The position numbers and the translations under genes are program-made. The notes under the pieces are model-generated. The model was given only the letters and a program-made list of their open reading frames with translations, was not told the origin of the DNA and ran no database searches. From Octopus sinensis (Eukaryota), in contig NC_042997.1 of NCBI RefSeq assembly GCF_006345805.1, positions 64,728,001 to 64,792,000 on the forward strand: a stretch of 64,000 nucleotides of DNA, given 5' to 3'. Of this stretch, positions 26,870-39,872 are shown piece after piece; the first letter of the stretch is position 1; every line of letters starts with the position of its first letter.

Positions 26870-28061
26870 GAGTGCTCCGACCTATATTGGTCCTTATTTC
26901 CTGAGGACACTTTACATTTGTAGAATACCTTTTTAGTTTTACATCTAAAACTTAACGGGCATTGTCTATTTATTGCACAATCACATGTAGTATTTCTATT
27001 ATTATTTTCTATTTTGGTTTGATTTCTAAATCATTTGCCTATGTTTTATGTTATTTCATATTGTCCCATTCATGACATTCTATCCTGCTCTTTCTAGCAT
27101 TTCTGTCTTCCTTCCCAGGCACGCATTGGAGTTTGTTAGGGTAGCTTCACTTTTATTAGTGTTTCTGCTATAGTCATTTTTCCTACAACTAGTTTGGTTA
27201 CATATATATAAATCGTTATTATTAAGCCACTATTTATATTCTGATTATTACCATCTGTGTTCACACGGGAACTTGTTTGCGTTGTATTCTGCTACAATTT
27301 GCGCGAGATTCTGGTTATTAGAAAAGGCAAGTCGGCCCCTATATTTATTAAACACTGTATAGTATTTGCTACTTTTTAGAAATTGTTTCTCCATTGCCGA
27401 GCAGAACAATTCCTGAATGTCGAGATAGATAGATAGATAGATATAAACAAATACGGGTTAATAAAAGATTAGTAATCCAGACGTCTTCATCTCTCTGTTT
27501 AGATAAAGCTACTCTAGGCTAAGGAAAATGTCTAGAGACATGGAATATGACAGATTTAGTTGTAATATGTAATTTAAGGTGCATAAATAGGAATGTTCCT
27601 GTATTGGGGAACAAAGATTATGACGGGATGATGCATTATTCATTATCTGTAATTGCAGCAAATGTAATCTTGAAATGGTTTTTTAAAAAGTCATATTCAA
27701 GTTTTTAATGTTAAAGGAGTTTCATTATTAAGGTTTCAGTTTTCATTACAAAACAGCTACGGTATTCAACTATGATATGAGACAAAAATGTATTTAGGTT
27801 CATGGCTTATAATAGATGGCCTAATTCTAAAATGACTTATTGACCTGGTAGGAGGCAAAAATCTCCTTGTTCTTTTACAGAGCTTAGAAAACCTGGAGGA
27901 CCTCTGCAAGAAATGGCTGAATCTGAGAGAAGAATATGATGAGGAAAATCTTATGTATCTTCCGTTACCCAAAGTCAATATGTCATGTATCTTTAGCAAA
28001 CCCTCGTATGTACATGCGATGAGCTTAGTTCAGTTTTCTTCTACCAACTACACTCTCGAGT

Positions 28062-28145
28062 GATTGGAGGGCCGGAGGTATAAGTATAAAATACTTGCCC
28101 AAGTTCCCGCGCAGTTGGTATACCTCTTACCGCACAGCTACGCCC
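28062..28145 (-). mobile_element. SINE family A head fragment
   Basis: GGGCCGGAGGTATAAGTATAAAATACTTGCCCAAGTTCCCGCGCAGT resembles 5665-5712. Confidence 0.55.
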
Positions 28146-28926
28146 AGACTTATGTAATGTGATTACTCTTTCGTAATGATAATGCTATACTAATGAAACA
28201 AAATGAAACTATAACTTAGACCCATAGTCGCTCCTTATAAACAAAGATCAGACTCTTCCTTTTCATACGTACATAAAATTCCACCATGAATTTAATCGTT
28301 ATATCTTTAAAATTACTTCCCATTTTCATCCTGGTTACCCTTTACAGAGTAATTATGCGTTAAGAATTTATTGTATAAAGCTTTCAGTGAAAACCACTTT
28401 ATCTTAATATCTATATGCATGTAGTAATGACTGCTTTAAAATTCTTTTCCATGCTATTATTCACATTTATCTCCATGTATATAATTTGAGCAGTGTTTAC
28501 AAGTTCACACGCAAACATATACACACGTATATATATTCAAACATGCACATACATGCATATATATATATATGTGTGTGTGTGTACATACACACAAACATGC
28601 GCGCGTACACATACACGCACACACACATATAAATGTATATATATATATATATATACATAATCCCGGAAATAACTCTGCAGAAAATAATTTTCTCATTTGT
28701 CTTGCTCGCTTACGTTCTGGCAGTTGCTAAATTTTCTTGAGAACAATCTTTTCTTAGTGGTCAGACAATATGGGGTCTACATGTAACATATTGGATGTCC
28801 ACTTAGTGGTCATCTCTCTTATATGTATATCATATATATATACATATATATATACATATACTTGAATACATATACATATATATACATATATGTATATATA
28901 TATATACACACATACATATATATATA

Positions 28927-28957
<31 letters not shown>

Positions 28958-29091
28958 GATAGATATATAGATATATAGATATATAGATATATATTTATAT
29001 AATATATAATATTGTTCGTCCATCATCGACGATGACCAAAGTCATCAACTGGAAGAAGAAAATAGGTGAAGGTTGTCTGGCTGGCGACAAC

Positions 29092-29532
29092 TCATTTGCA
29101 TACAGCCAATCAGGGCTCACCTTGATCTTGTTGTCAAGTTAAGAAACACGCTCTGCTAAGTAAACTCAAGATGAAGAACGGTATTGTAAGTCGACCGGTC
29201 GTCAAGTTTTGCCTGATTTTAGAAAGAGTAATTTACATCTGTATCTATTATCAGATTTTGTTAGGGCTCCATAAGGTAAAAATATGGAGTGGAAAAGGAG
29301 GGCAAGGTTGATGTGCTAGCAACCCTCTCCTCGACTGTTTTACAAAGTAAACAAAACACAAAAACTGCCCATAGGGAATCATGGCTGAAACAAGAACAAG
29401 AACAAGCATTATAAATAGTGAAAAGAAGCATGACCATTCCTTACCCAAATGACCTTATCTTATCGCCTATCACTTGTTATGCACTCATAAATTAGTTGGA
29501 TAATTGAGCTCTGATTGGCTGTATGCAAATGA
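29092..29532. repeat. 28-bp inverted repeat pair, each an octamer plus CCAAT module
   Basis: TCATTTGCATACAGCCAATCAGGGCTCA (29092-29119) vs the reverse complement of 29505-29532; 27/28 identical. Confidence 0.9.
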
Positions 29533-31470
29533 TTTCATAACTGGGGTCCGGAACTCTCATGGGAAAGAAATTTGCGTCCGCCTGCTGCTATCAAGCCATT
29601 GCAAGCAGGAGATCTAACGTAGGACTACTGAGAATAAAGGCAAGAACCTGGCTCTTGACTTGCACAGTTCACGTCTTCTTTGTACTTCTACGATCCTATT
29701 TTGTTCGTAGGAGGTGGCACTTTATCAGTGCAGCTACGCCCGGCAGGGTTTAACCTATGCTTGCATTCCTAGAAGTTGTGATTTGAACTGAATCCATTTC
29801 AGCAGGTTTGGAGTGTATTTTCGATGTTTGGGTAGAATAGATGAAGAAATAAATAATCGATCGATAAAATTAATTAATGAATATATCATATAAACTTCGT
29901 CCTATATCAAAATTAATGAAGTACTGATTAGATTACAAATGCTATACGTTTCGTGATTCAAACGCAACTTACGTTAAGTATGTTCTTCTTCACGCACGCA
30001 GACATAGATAGACGTATATATAGATAGAAAAATGGACGTGATTGGCAGGCAGACAGATAAACAGATAGACAGAGATACTTGCTTCTTTTGAAAGCACATG
30101 CCTATTTGTTGTAAACTTAAAGCCATTACTTGTTTTGCACCTATCAGTAAATACACAAATGTGTCATTAACAATAAATCTGTGACTGCCTGTATTCATAA
30201 TGTACATGGTTCCAAGTAAAATACATTTCGCTCACAGAAAATAAAATATCTGTGAACAGAGTTAACTAACATTTTCAACACGATCAATCTTTATCTCTGA
30301 AATATAGCTAGCTGCGCATTTCCATCTTATACCATACTTAATTGGGCTGAAGCTTGCATTAATATCCTTATCAGCATGGCGCCAAAACAGACATTGACAT
30401 CAACAACTAAATAACTGGTAAATTCACACATATTTTCTTTAGTTTTTGGGGTTTTTGTTATTGACAGGTTAGGAAGTCAGCTCGATAACCAAATTTTAAA
30501 AACACCAGGAGCTCTAAGCAGTCATGTGTAAACACCTGGATATATTCGAATGTCTGTTAATCTCAAAAAGATAGCAGTCTCATTGAACATTTCGAACGGA
30601 CATTAACTGCAGCAACAGCAGTACTGGCAACAATATATCAGACATTATGAATGATGGCTGTTCGATCAGAACTAATATGGGGCTGCATAACAAAAACAAC
30701 TTTAGAAGAAAGCTACTATTAATAACTATGGAAAAGAAAAAAACAACATATTCATTTTCAGCAGTATAAGGCTGATGCTAACATTAATAAACTGACATGA
30801 ATGCAATCATCAAGAATTCTCACGCCAACATACTATCTTTAGTACATGATTTACACATGTTAATCACATTCATTGGCTTAGAAAAACAAATACATTCCCA
30901 AGAAAACTGAGACTAGCGTATTCTCAAATTTAATCTCAATAGCAATAAAATAAGTTCATTCTCAAATTTGCATGTAATTTGTAATTTCTCTGCAAATATT
31001 TAGACATCATTCTAACTCATTACAATCAACCACTCCAAACATATTCTGACGGATGTGTTTATAGTATTATCATTCCTAGTAACATTGAGTCATCTTGATC
31101 TTACCAATAGTCCAGCTAACTGGATGTTTCGTAGGGTGTTTTGTAACTATATAGGAGAGAAAAATGAATAAAGGAAGTATCTTGGTAACTAACCTAGTTG
31201 ATAAAGGTAGCAGTAGTATTACGTGTTATATTTAGCTTCTTCGAAAAAGAAATGATATAATAGATAATATAGTTCTTGGTACGTTTTAGCCGACAGAATA
31301 GGCGTGCTACTTTTGATAGGAATGCTGACTTTCAGCTGTTAATAATAATAAGCACCTTAGCTCTACGCAAACTAACAATTATTGACTTGTAAAATAATTG
31401 TAAGAGACATAAGACTGAAAATCACGTCCTACTCTTATAATGAAAATAAATACATGCATACGTGCATACA

Positions 31471-31504
<34 letters not shown>

Positions 31505-31740
31505 AATATGTTTGCACACGCGCATGACTATTAATATATTCATCTCGAAGCGTGTCATCAATGACTATACAAATGTTTGTTGCTAACATGTTCAGTATAT
31601 TAGGAACATTCAAAATAGAGCTAGATAAAATATAAAATAAGATATAAAAACCAATAATAGATGATTACATATATTATTTTCACTACTTCACAAAACAAAA
31701 AAATTATAACAATGCTGGATTTATTATTTTCTCTTTAGTG

Positions 31741-31995
31741 AAGGCGGCGAATCGGCAGAGTTGTCACAGTACAGGAGAAAATACTCCGCGGCTTTTCTGC
31801 AGGAGTTCCAATATGATTTCAAATCTCATTGATGTAGACTTTGCCTTTCATTATTTCGGAGTCGATGAAATGAATACCGGTTGAGCAAAGGGGTCTATGT
31901 AATCGACTAGTGCAGAGTTACCTCTTTAGTGAAGAATACATTTCGGAATCAAAATTCAATACATTTCGGCTTGAAAGTGGCCTGGTGCCAGATAG
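31741..31995 (+). mobile_element. SINE family C (diverged, near full length)
   Basis: AAGGCGGCGAATCGGCAGAG head; GACTTTGCCTTTCATTATTTCGGAGTCGATGAAA core. Confidence 0.7.
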
Positions 31996-32962
31996 CTAAC
32001 AAAAGAGAATTGCAGGGGGTATAAAACAGAAATACGGTAGAGAACATATAAGTAAGCGACGCCATCCACTTTAAACGGGAATGTTAACTCGTTCTTAACC
32101 TAAGAATCTCTATTTCCATTCCAACTAATTCATATTATCATCCATGAAATATTTTATTGACATAACGATCAATTCATTGAATACAGCTGTTTTACATCAT
32201 TCACATATGAATTTCTTTTTTCCATTTATGACACTGGAAACACGAGTACAAATGCATTACTCCAGTATCATCAACAAAGAGGTGTATTCAATAGAAGCTG
32301 AAGTCCAACTGTACATGCGTAAACATTCATACATAACCACAGTCAGATACATTTCTGAAATACTTTCTGAGGTCCGGAATAGAGGCAAGAACTTAAAGGT
32401 TTAAGTGAACGATTAATCAAACAGATGTTTAGATAATTCCTTAAATATTCTCCTTATAATAACAATAGTTAAATAAATCAGCACCTAATTTTCGATGGTT
32501 GCAAACTCACCTTGTCAATGTATAAAAGTACACACACATATACACACACACATAAACACACACCTTTTACTAGACACATCCCCTCTCTTTTTACACACCT
32601 TTTACAGGAGAGGGAGAGAGAGAGAGAGCTCATACATGAATAATCCTGGATCTGTGAGGCTCCTTAATTGATTCTGATTTTAGTTTCTCTCTCAGGAGTT
32701 CTGCATCATTCATGTTATCATAGCCTTCATACAATATGTAAAATTTTATCATATTTCACTGTCTTCTCCATATTATCATACTCTTTGAGATTGCCAAATA
32801 AAGTGTAATTGTTAGATTTAATTGCTTGAGATTTGTGGCCTCTCTTTTTGCATTGAAGTCAAAATCTGCCCAGACACTGGTGGCATAGGAGGAAAAATCG
32901 AAAACATAAAAATGCGCAGAATTATATGTGTATATTAAATATATTATTTCCGTCAATATCAC

Positions 32963-33170
32963 ATGCTGCTCTAACGTTACCGCACCAGGCAGCATGTTTA
33001 GCGGCATTTCGTCTGTCTTTACATTCTGAGTTCAAATGCCACCGTGGTCGTCTTTGCTTCTTATCATATTGTTATAGATAATATAAACACTATTTGAAAC
33101 CTAGGATCGATAATCGATTTAACCTGTCTCCCGAAATTGCTGGCGTTGTGCCAAAATCTGAAATCAGTAT
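32963..33170 (+). mobile_element. SINE family C (diverged)
   Basis: TTTAGCGGCATTTCGTCTGTCTTTACATTCTGAGTTCAAATGCC...GCTGGCGTTGTGCCAAAAT. Confidence 0.7.
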
Positions 33171-33478
33171 CATATACTGCTCTGCAATGGTGGACTTTGA
33201 GGTGTCTTGAAGATGTCAGACAAATTTATTGCTGTACTTAGTTACACCGCTTTGCACTTTAATCTCAAGTTCCGTAGTTTTCTAAAGTAGTCAGGAATTA
33301 ATCAGCATCATAGTCAGGAATGTCAAAGTCCTGCGCAAAACGAAAGGTAGATAAAAAGAATGCCACTAAAACTAGTGCCAGTTTTTGAATGAAAATAGAT
33401 TACTGGGAGACGTTTTGCAAAAGATTGAAACCATTAAAATTTGGATTGAACATTCCTAAATACTGATGCACAGGAAGG

Positions 33479-33544
<66 letters not shown>

Positions 33545-34440
33545 GAAAAATAAACTGATCCAAACAATTGTTTATTCAAAGAATATGCTATCATAAAAAC
33601 AAAGAATATGTTCTTACTGGGAATCTTCTTTGCTCAATATTGTGAATTGGTGTGTTGCTTTATAAAGTTTTACATACTCTTACAAGATGCATTTCTCGAT
33701 AGCAAGAGCCTCTGTTCTCAGCTAGTTACAACAATAATGGACAATACCCTTCTCCAAATTCGATTTCTTTCCTATGTTGGGGATTCAATTATCCACCGAT
33801 GACTATATTCATATATGATAATATTCCTTTTACTACGTTTTCTTTTCACTTTAATTTGTATTATTGCTATTATATCACCACCGATTCCTCATAATTTATA
33901 GCCGATATTATAGTCTGGCTTTTCTTTAAGTACAATATATACGGCTTCGTCTGGACGCACTTCTCGTTCTTATATGAATATTTATTAGAAAATATTTTAT
34001 ATGATATTATATTTATTTCGTTTTCAACTTCAATTTTTTTAATGCGATAACATCATGAGACAGCATTTCTCTACATGGTATGGAAACAAAAAGAAATGAA
34101 TACAAATAAAAGAGCAAGTCTTCTTTAGTATCGATGCTAAATACCACATAATATTTTTAAACTTCCTTACCAACATAAAAACACATAAATCGGATTTCTG
34201 AAAAATTGATAAAATATAAAGAAACATAGACCAATTACACACTCTGTTGTAGACCAAATACGAAAAGAAAAAGTTATATAATCCTATAAAATATATGTGA
34301 ATCGTTTTAATTACATTAGGGAAAGCTTCCTTCTGATTAGAAGAACAAATCTGTTTCTCAGAAAATGCGCGGGATCATAGGCCTCGCTATCTCTGTCTCA
34401 GTTTCTCACTCTCGTCATTATATATATATATATATACACT

Positions 34441-34888
34441 ATTCAAAGGAATTCCAACTCTGTCTGTTTTTTTATGTTTTCTTTATATTCGATGTAGGAT
34501 ATAGAATATATAATATATATAGTATATATAGTAAAATGAAATGAAGTATTGATCGTCTTATTGAATAAATGAAATATTGAATATCAAATATTAAATATTA
34601 AGGGACTAGAATACTTTCTTGCATTGAAGCAATCTTCAAGGTCCGAGGGTGTGTCAGGAGTGTTTCAACATTCCTGTCAAAACCTGGGACCTTGAAGTCT
34701 GCTTAAATGCAAGAAAGTATACTAGTCCCTTAATATGTGATATTCAATATTTCATCTATTCAATAAGACTATCAATACTTCATTTCATTTTACTATATAA
34801 ACTATTTATACTATATATTCTAAATCCTATATCAATATCATAAGAATATAAATAATACCTAAAAAATAGAGTTGAAATTTCTTTGAAT
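34441..34888. repeat. 448-bp near-perfect palindrome (foldback) inserted in (TA)n
   Basis: Arms 34441-34664 and 34666-34888 are reverse complements (about 85% by eye) with almost no spacer. Confidence 0.9.
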
Positions 34889-34928
34889 AATATATATCCC
34901 TCTATATACAAAACCCTTATATATATAT

Positions 34929-34980
<52 letters not shown>

Positions 34981-35335
34981 TATATATATGTGTATACATA
35001 TATGTACATATATATATGCATATATATACATATATATATATACACACACGCATACACATATATGTATATATGTATATATTATAGGAATACATGCACATAC
35101 ACAATCACACAAACATACGCACACATGTATGTTTGTGTTTGTGTGTGCATAAGTGTGTTTGTGAACGTGTGCTTATGTGTGCAATTATAATCATAGTTGT
35201 ATAGACATAGAGGAAGATAATGAGATAAGAGTATAAGTGTAATCCTATTAACAATGTCCAGTAGAAATAATTTATTGTCACCTATTGATTCAAGCCAACT
35301 TTTCTATTGGCTCTCCATAATTAACTATTCAAAAT

Positions 35336-35339
<4 letters not shown>

Positions 35340-35421
<82 letters not shown>

Positions 35422-35462
35422 TATATATATATATATATACATATATACATATATATATATAC

Positions 35463-35497
<35 letters not shown>

Positions 35498-35510
35498 CTT
35501 ACATATATAT
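35340..35510. repeat. (TA)n microsatellite
   Basis: Directly visible. Confidence 0.95.
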
Positions 35511-35760
35511 ATGTTTGCGTGTGCGTGTGTTTGTATGTGTGCGTTTATGTGTGTGTCTGTAAATGTACGTATGTATATGTTTATGTATATCCCTTTTCCC
35601 TTCCTTTCTTTCTGTCACCCTCTCTATCTCTCCTTGTTCTCATATATAAATGTGGGTTTGTGGGTGCTAGGGTGTGTGCATGTGTTTATGTGTGCGTGTG
35701 TGCATGGGCGCGCGCGTGTCTGTAAATCGCGTGGTTTATGAACTAACTGAATATGTTGAA

Positions 35761-36346
35761 GAAATAGCTGGTTCTTATGCTATCAAACAAAAGGAGATGA
35801 AGAAATGTTATTCACGAATTCACGCTAGATTCAAATTAATAAGACACAGAAGATTTTAATTTCGACAGAAGCTCTACGCATTCATCTTTCATTGTTTGCA
35901 ATTATTCCTGTATATATAATTTGAGTGACAATGGCTACAGATTTATCTCATCCATTTCTGGACTATCTTTCAAGATCAAGGAATCTCTAACATGGAGTGC
36001 ATAATACAAAATTGGGACAGAGCTGATATTAGGAAAATATACAAATACATCAGGAAATAGTTGTTACTTATGCAACCAAAGAAAAGGAGATGAAGAAATG
36101 TTATTGGCGAATTCACACCAGATTCAAATTAATGAGATACAGAAGATTTTAATTTTGGCAGAAGCTATACGCATTTATCATTCATTGTTTGCAAGTATTA
36201 CTGTATATATAATTTGAGTGACAATGGCTACAGATTTGTCTCATCCAATTCAAGGCTATCTCTCAAGATCAAGGAATCTCTAACATAGAGGGCATAATAC
36301 AAAATTGGGACAGAGCTGGTATTAAGAAAATATACAAATACATCAG
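35761..36346. repeat. Tandem duplication of a 293-bp unit (2 copies)
   Basis: 35761-36053 and 36054-36346 are colinear without indels, about 85-90% identical by eye. Confidence 0.92.
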
Positions 36347-36368
36347 TATTAGAATATATACATACATA

Positions 36369-36459
<91 letters not shown>

Positions 36460-36723
36460 AATATATATATACATATATGTGTATAAATGTATTAAAATTA
36501 TTATTAAGGGTACCTAAAACATACCATTATGCTGGAGACAGCAGTCAAAACCACATCAAATATTCATACAGCACCAGAAGAGAAGACAAAGAGACAAAAT
36601 AAACTAAAACTAGCAAAAAAGTATTTGAAAATTCCAGATTTAGATTTCTAGCTTTGTATAAGAAATGTTTTGTTTCATCAACTGAATATACACAAGATAG
36701 TACATAAATACATATATATATAT

Positions 36724-36773
<50 letters not shown>

Positions 36774-36813
36774 AATTATATATATATATATATATAATTA
36801 TATTATATATAAT

Positions 36814-36865
<52 letters not shown>

Positions 36866-37119
36866 ATATATATATATATATATACAACATACGAATACTT
36901 ACATATACGCACGTATACACACATATAATACACATATACACAAGACCAGTTTAAATGCCCTGTTTAAACTCAACGTGCTATATGGTTAAAATACCACTGC
37001 AGTGAATATACTGACGAAGTAAATATATAAATTTATATAAATAAGGATACGAACGTTTTTTTTTAATACCGATCATATAAAGTGGCTAGCATGGGAATAA
37101 AAACCTCATAGGTAATAAT

Positions 37120-37163
37120 AACAATGATGATGATGATAATGATAATAATAATAATAATAATAA

Positions 37164-37219
<56 letters not shown>

Positions 37220-37235
37220 ATAATAATAATAATAA

Positions 37236-37266
<31 letters not shown>

Positions 37267-37340
37267 AAGAAGAAGAAGAAGAAGAAGAAGAAGAAGAATA
37301 ATAATAATAATATAATAATAATAATAATAACAACAACAAC
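37120..37340. repeat. Compound trinucleotide array (GAT/AAT/AGT/AAT/AAG/AAT/AAC)
   Basis: Directly visible. Confidence 0.97.
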
Positions 37341-37388
37341 ATCGAAAAATACATTAGGAATCAGAACCCATGTTCGAAATTTCCCCAA

Positions 37389-37434
37389 GACACCTGATGA
37401 CGGCCGGATAGTAAATCAGCCGAAAAGTTGTTTT
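37389..37434 (+). ncRNA. Degenerate minimal type I hammerhead motif
   Basis: GACAC-CUGAUGA-C-GGCCGG..loop..UCAGCC-GAAA-A-GUU-GUUUU; core intact, stem II with one mismatch, stems I and III partly broken. Confidence 0.5.
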
Positions 37435-37519
37435 AACAAGAAACAAGAGATGAGGACAAATATCCGTCAAATATAAATAATGTAGGTCTTATACTTATAT
37501 GTATATAAATATGTACGTA

Positions 37520-38015
37520 TATATCACCTTGATCACCTTGACCGACCAGTCCGTGAGGCGTCCATTTGACACCACTGGTCACAGCACGCTGTCCACTCCT
37601 CTCTGGATCCACCTTTCTCATCCATGTGATCCCAATCGTCCTCCTGAAATTGTAACTCCACCGTCGTGGAGGTCTTCCTGGTGGTCTTTTCCGCTCGCGC
37701 GGGTACCACTCGACAACTGCGTGGGTCCACCGATTATCGGTGAGCCGGGCGACGAGTCCAGCCCATCTATACTTGCTGCGTGTATACTCTGCGATGACAT
37801 CTCTCACACCGGACTTCTTTCTGATGATCTCGCTACTGATGTGCCCTCTCAACGAGATACCAAGCATTGATCTTTCCATGGCTCTTTGAGCCGTTAGCAG
37901 TCTCTGCTCTTCTCTCTTTGTGGTAGCCCATATTTCACTACCATATAACATTGCAGGTAGAACTGCACTGTTAATGGGGTTGGCGCGGGTGGTCCTGTCT
38001 AACCTTCCCTTGAAC
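37520..38015 (-). mobile_element. RTE-clade LINE 3' fragment (5'-truncated), frame open
   Basis: [12 protein letters not shown]...[14 protein letters not shown]...[33 protein letters not shown]; 3' tail of short tandem CAAGGTGAT repeats; inserted in (TA)n. Confidence 0.92.
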
Positions 38016-38024
38016 ACATGGGTA

Positions 38025-38210
38025 TATATATATATATATATACATACAAATATATATAAATATGTATATATATATACACATATATATAAATATGTATACA
38101 TATATATATATATATACATGTATATATTTGTATTATATATATACACATATATGTATGATATATATATATATATGTGTGTATAAATATATATATATATACA
38201 TATAAATATA

Positions 38211-38242
<32 letters not shown>

Positions 38243-38243
38243 A

Positions 38244-38274
<31 letters not shown>

Positions 38275-38385
38275 ATTATATATATATATATACATATATA
38301 TATATAAATATACATATATATATACATGTATATATATATGTATTATATATATGCGCATATATGTGTGTATAAATATATATATATA
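38025..38385. repeat. Degenerate (TA)n/(TATACA)n tract
   Basis: Directly visible. Confidence 0.95.
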
Positions 38386-39367
38386 TCTATATATATATAT
38401 AAAACTGAGAATGTATGTCTGTCTGTCTGTGTGTTTCCCTAAAACTTGAGAACTACACAAGCAATTTCATTCAAATTTTACACATGCCTTACTTAGGGTC
38501 CAAGTAGTTTCATGGGCAAAAAAAAATGTTCCACTTCTTGCCTAGAGCGACCCCATAGCAATATCATATCCTCTCCACTATTTCAGGATTACGTGTTAAA
38601 AGTGAAACAAAAACGTTTCTCTATTTTATGTCTACTTTCACTTTAGCAATAAAAATAATAATAACAATTGAATTAGTAAGTAATAATTAAAATCTAACTA
38701 AAGTATAATATAAGCGTAACATAACAAAAGTAAAAATAGCAATTGGTATAAAATTGCATCAATGATTTGAACTTGAATAAGTGGTTTCACATGAATGGGA
38801 ATAAATTTAAAATAAAATTAGCGTGCAGAAATGGAATAGTCCAGATGGATAATAAAAAATTAAATTAAAGGAAAGACTATTGTCTATAAAGTATACAATG
38901 TAGAGAAAAAAGATTTGAACACATGGAGGAAAGCACCTTCGAAAAGTGTCTTGGTGCGACTATGAAAGGTATCTAATGAGAGGCGGTAAATTCGCCACAA
39001 TAGAAGCAAGGTTCGAGTGCAAAGTAGTACTCGACTCGAACTTGCAAAGTAGAAATATTTTATTTTTAGCTTTATATCTGGGACGTAGGACTTCCCGGAT
39101 AAAAATTTAAAATACCCCCTCCCCAGAAGTAGAGATAGGCTGGATTGTAGCTACAATTGATCGAAATTACAAGAGACGGGCTAACAATTCCAGTCTGTTA
39201 TATATTTTGAGTATTGTTGTCACTAGCGATATCAAGATATAACTTTGTATTTTGTATTTTATGAGTAGATGTATATATATAGATGTACATGTAATATGTA
39301 CACACATATATACACATATATACATGCACTAGCACTATGACCCGGCCACGACGGGTCTTTAATGCTA

Positions 39368-39368
<1 letters not shown>
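38386..39368 (+). mobile_element. Non-autonomous Helitron (~980 bp)
   Basis: A|TC start (38386) followed by TATATATATAAAA and a (GTCT/GTAT) tract; 3' hairpin GACCCG-7nt-CGGGTC (39339-39357), 7 nt before CTAG|T (39365-39369). Linking the two ends is inference. Confidence 0.7.
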
Positions 39369-39407
<39 letters not shown>

Positions 39408-39872
39408 TATATATTATATATATATATGATATATCATTCATAGACTAATAAATTTATTTGTTCTTTCCAATGTTATTTAAATTTAAGCGCAAATATTTTT
39501 ATCATAGATTCATGCTTTATTTTACATCTGTTCGTCTACAAGTAATGTTTATCATTTTCAAATTTGAGAAAATTTTATTTATTTTCAGATATTTGAATAT
39601 AAAGTGCCAAGTAGAAATCAATGATCATCTCTTCGCTTTCAGTCAAGGGTCTATAGCTACCAAAGTCGCTCGTGTTATTTGCACTGTCTGCAGGAGAGGT
39701 TTTACGAATGAACGAACTGCACAAATATGGTTTTCATGCTTCAAGGAGTGAAAATTCGAACTTACAAAGACTAGGCAGGGGGCGCTGCGAAGTGATAGAA
39801 GAGATTATGCTAATTCAGTCACCGTCTGGAGACTGACTATCTCTCTGCGGCATCCTCACCGTAAGGAAATTA

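Noticed and set aside
27740-28190. About 145 codons interrupted only by TGA (selenoprotein or alternative code?)
   Set aside because: A rough estimate gives a few such stretches by chance across six frames of 64 kb; the frame runs into a SINE and no SECIS or Sec motif is evident.
33590-33900. Minus-strand NIIIYEYS / IGK / FTILSKED fragments reminiscent of GIY-YIG
   Set aside because: Spread over different frames and too degenerate to support a call.
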